28,918 bases of DNA, taken from Sphaerochaetaceae bacterium (lineage in GTDB: Bacteria > Spirochaetota > Spirochaetia > Sphaerochaetales > Sphaerochaetaceae). Position numbers and translations under genes: made by a program. A model generated the notes under the pieces. It did not search any database. It was not told where the DNA came from and saw only the letters and a program-made list of their open reading frames with translations. This document shows positions 28,424 to 28,918 of the stretch, in pieces (the stretch's first letter is position 1; every line of letters begins with the position of its first letter). The DNA lies in assembly GCA_028702575.1 (NCBI GenBank), contig JAQVOO010000008.1:1757-30674 (forward strand), in the 5' to 3' direction.

Positions 28424-28918
28424 TTAGGCAAAATAAGCTTGTGCATTACGAAAGCAAATATCACGTACTACTGTGTCTAATAGATTCAAATCAGCCGGAA
28501 TTTCTCCTGCTTCAGCCCAAGTTCCTAGTAAGTTACAAAGAATTCGACGGAAATATTCATGGCGGGAATAGGAGAGGAAGCTGCGTGAATCGGTGAGCAT
28601 TCCTACAAACCGAGGTAGGGAACTGAGATTGGCCAAGGCCCTCAATTGTTCGACTATACCATCCTTGTGATCACAGAACCACCAGCCTGCACCAAATTGA
28701 ATTTTACCTGGGATACCACCACCTTGGAATGAACCCATTGCGGTTCCAATCACATAATAATCCTTAGGATTTAATGTGTAAATGATGGTTTTAGGTAGAG
28801 CGTGTTTTTGTTCTAACAAATCCATGAATCCCCCAAGCTTTTCGGCTAAGGGTAGATCATGGACGGCATCGAAGCCGGTATCTGGGCCTAATGTTTCGAA
28901 TTTAGGTCCATTTAAATT
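28424..28918 (-). CDS. uxaC: Glucuronate isomerase, 3' portion (gene continues beyond the window end)
   Basis: The frame is open to nt 28918. The translation ...[41 protein letters not shown]...[29 protein letters not shown]...[40 protein letters not shown]...[13 protein letters not shown] is near-collinear with the C-terminus of E. coli UxaC as I recall it ([38 protein letters not shown]...). Confidence 0.85.
   Translation of the reverse strand, partial: [164 protein letters not shown]

Noticed and set aside
1-28918. CRISPR arrays, IS elements, integrases, rRNA and tRNA genes
   Set aside because: I saw no regularly spaced direct repeats, no terminal inverted repeats flanking a transposase-like ORF, and no rRNA-like or complete tRNA-like sequence on either strand.

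Overview
This 28.9-kb window is bacterial chromosomal DNA. My sampled 60-nt stretches range from about 25% to 57% GC, so composition is mosaic. All calls rest on reading the six-frame translations by eye for motifs; I ran no searches.

Coordinates 1-5883 are the most unusual part. They hold a very large ORF of at least 1378 aa that is cut off at its 5' end by the window edge. It appears to fuse a RelE/ParE-toxin-like module to a complete UvrD/PcrA-type SF1 helicase core and roughly 680 aa of TPR-like helical repeats. It converges on a membrane-anchored protein carrying a pRiA4b ORF-3-like domain, across a 564-bp space with no credible gene. I regard this helicase fusion, and possibly its neighbour, as the candidate undescribed system.

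An AT-rich block follows at 5884-12000. It holds a VOC/glyoxalase-fold protein, an MFS-like transporter, a membrane GGDEF diguanylate cyclase, and a Cache-TM-PAS-degenerate GGDEF-EAL sensor split by a single-base frameshift in an A5 run.

A GC-richer minus-strand operon follows at 12202-19989. In transcription order it encodes a YtrA-type GntR regulator, an SPFH/stomatin protein, a MacB/LolD-type ABC ATPase, two FtsX-type permeases, a LolA-like protein, and a putative outer-membrane beta-barrel ending in Phe. It ends in a frameshifted duplicate of the first permease.

Downstream are ktrB-ktrA-like potassium uptake genes, a rhodanese lipoprotein, a small highly charged ORF, an ABC-F ATPase, a PLD-family protein, a 2-hydroxyacid dehydrogenase, a small XRE regulator, and the 3' end of uxaC (glucuronate isomerase) running off the window.

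I recognised no rRNA, tRNA, CRISPR array, transposase or integrase.
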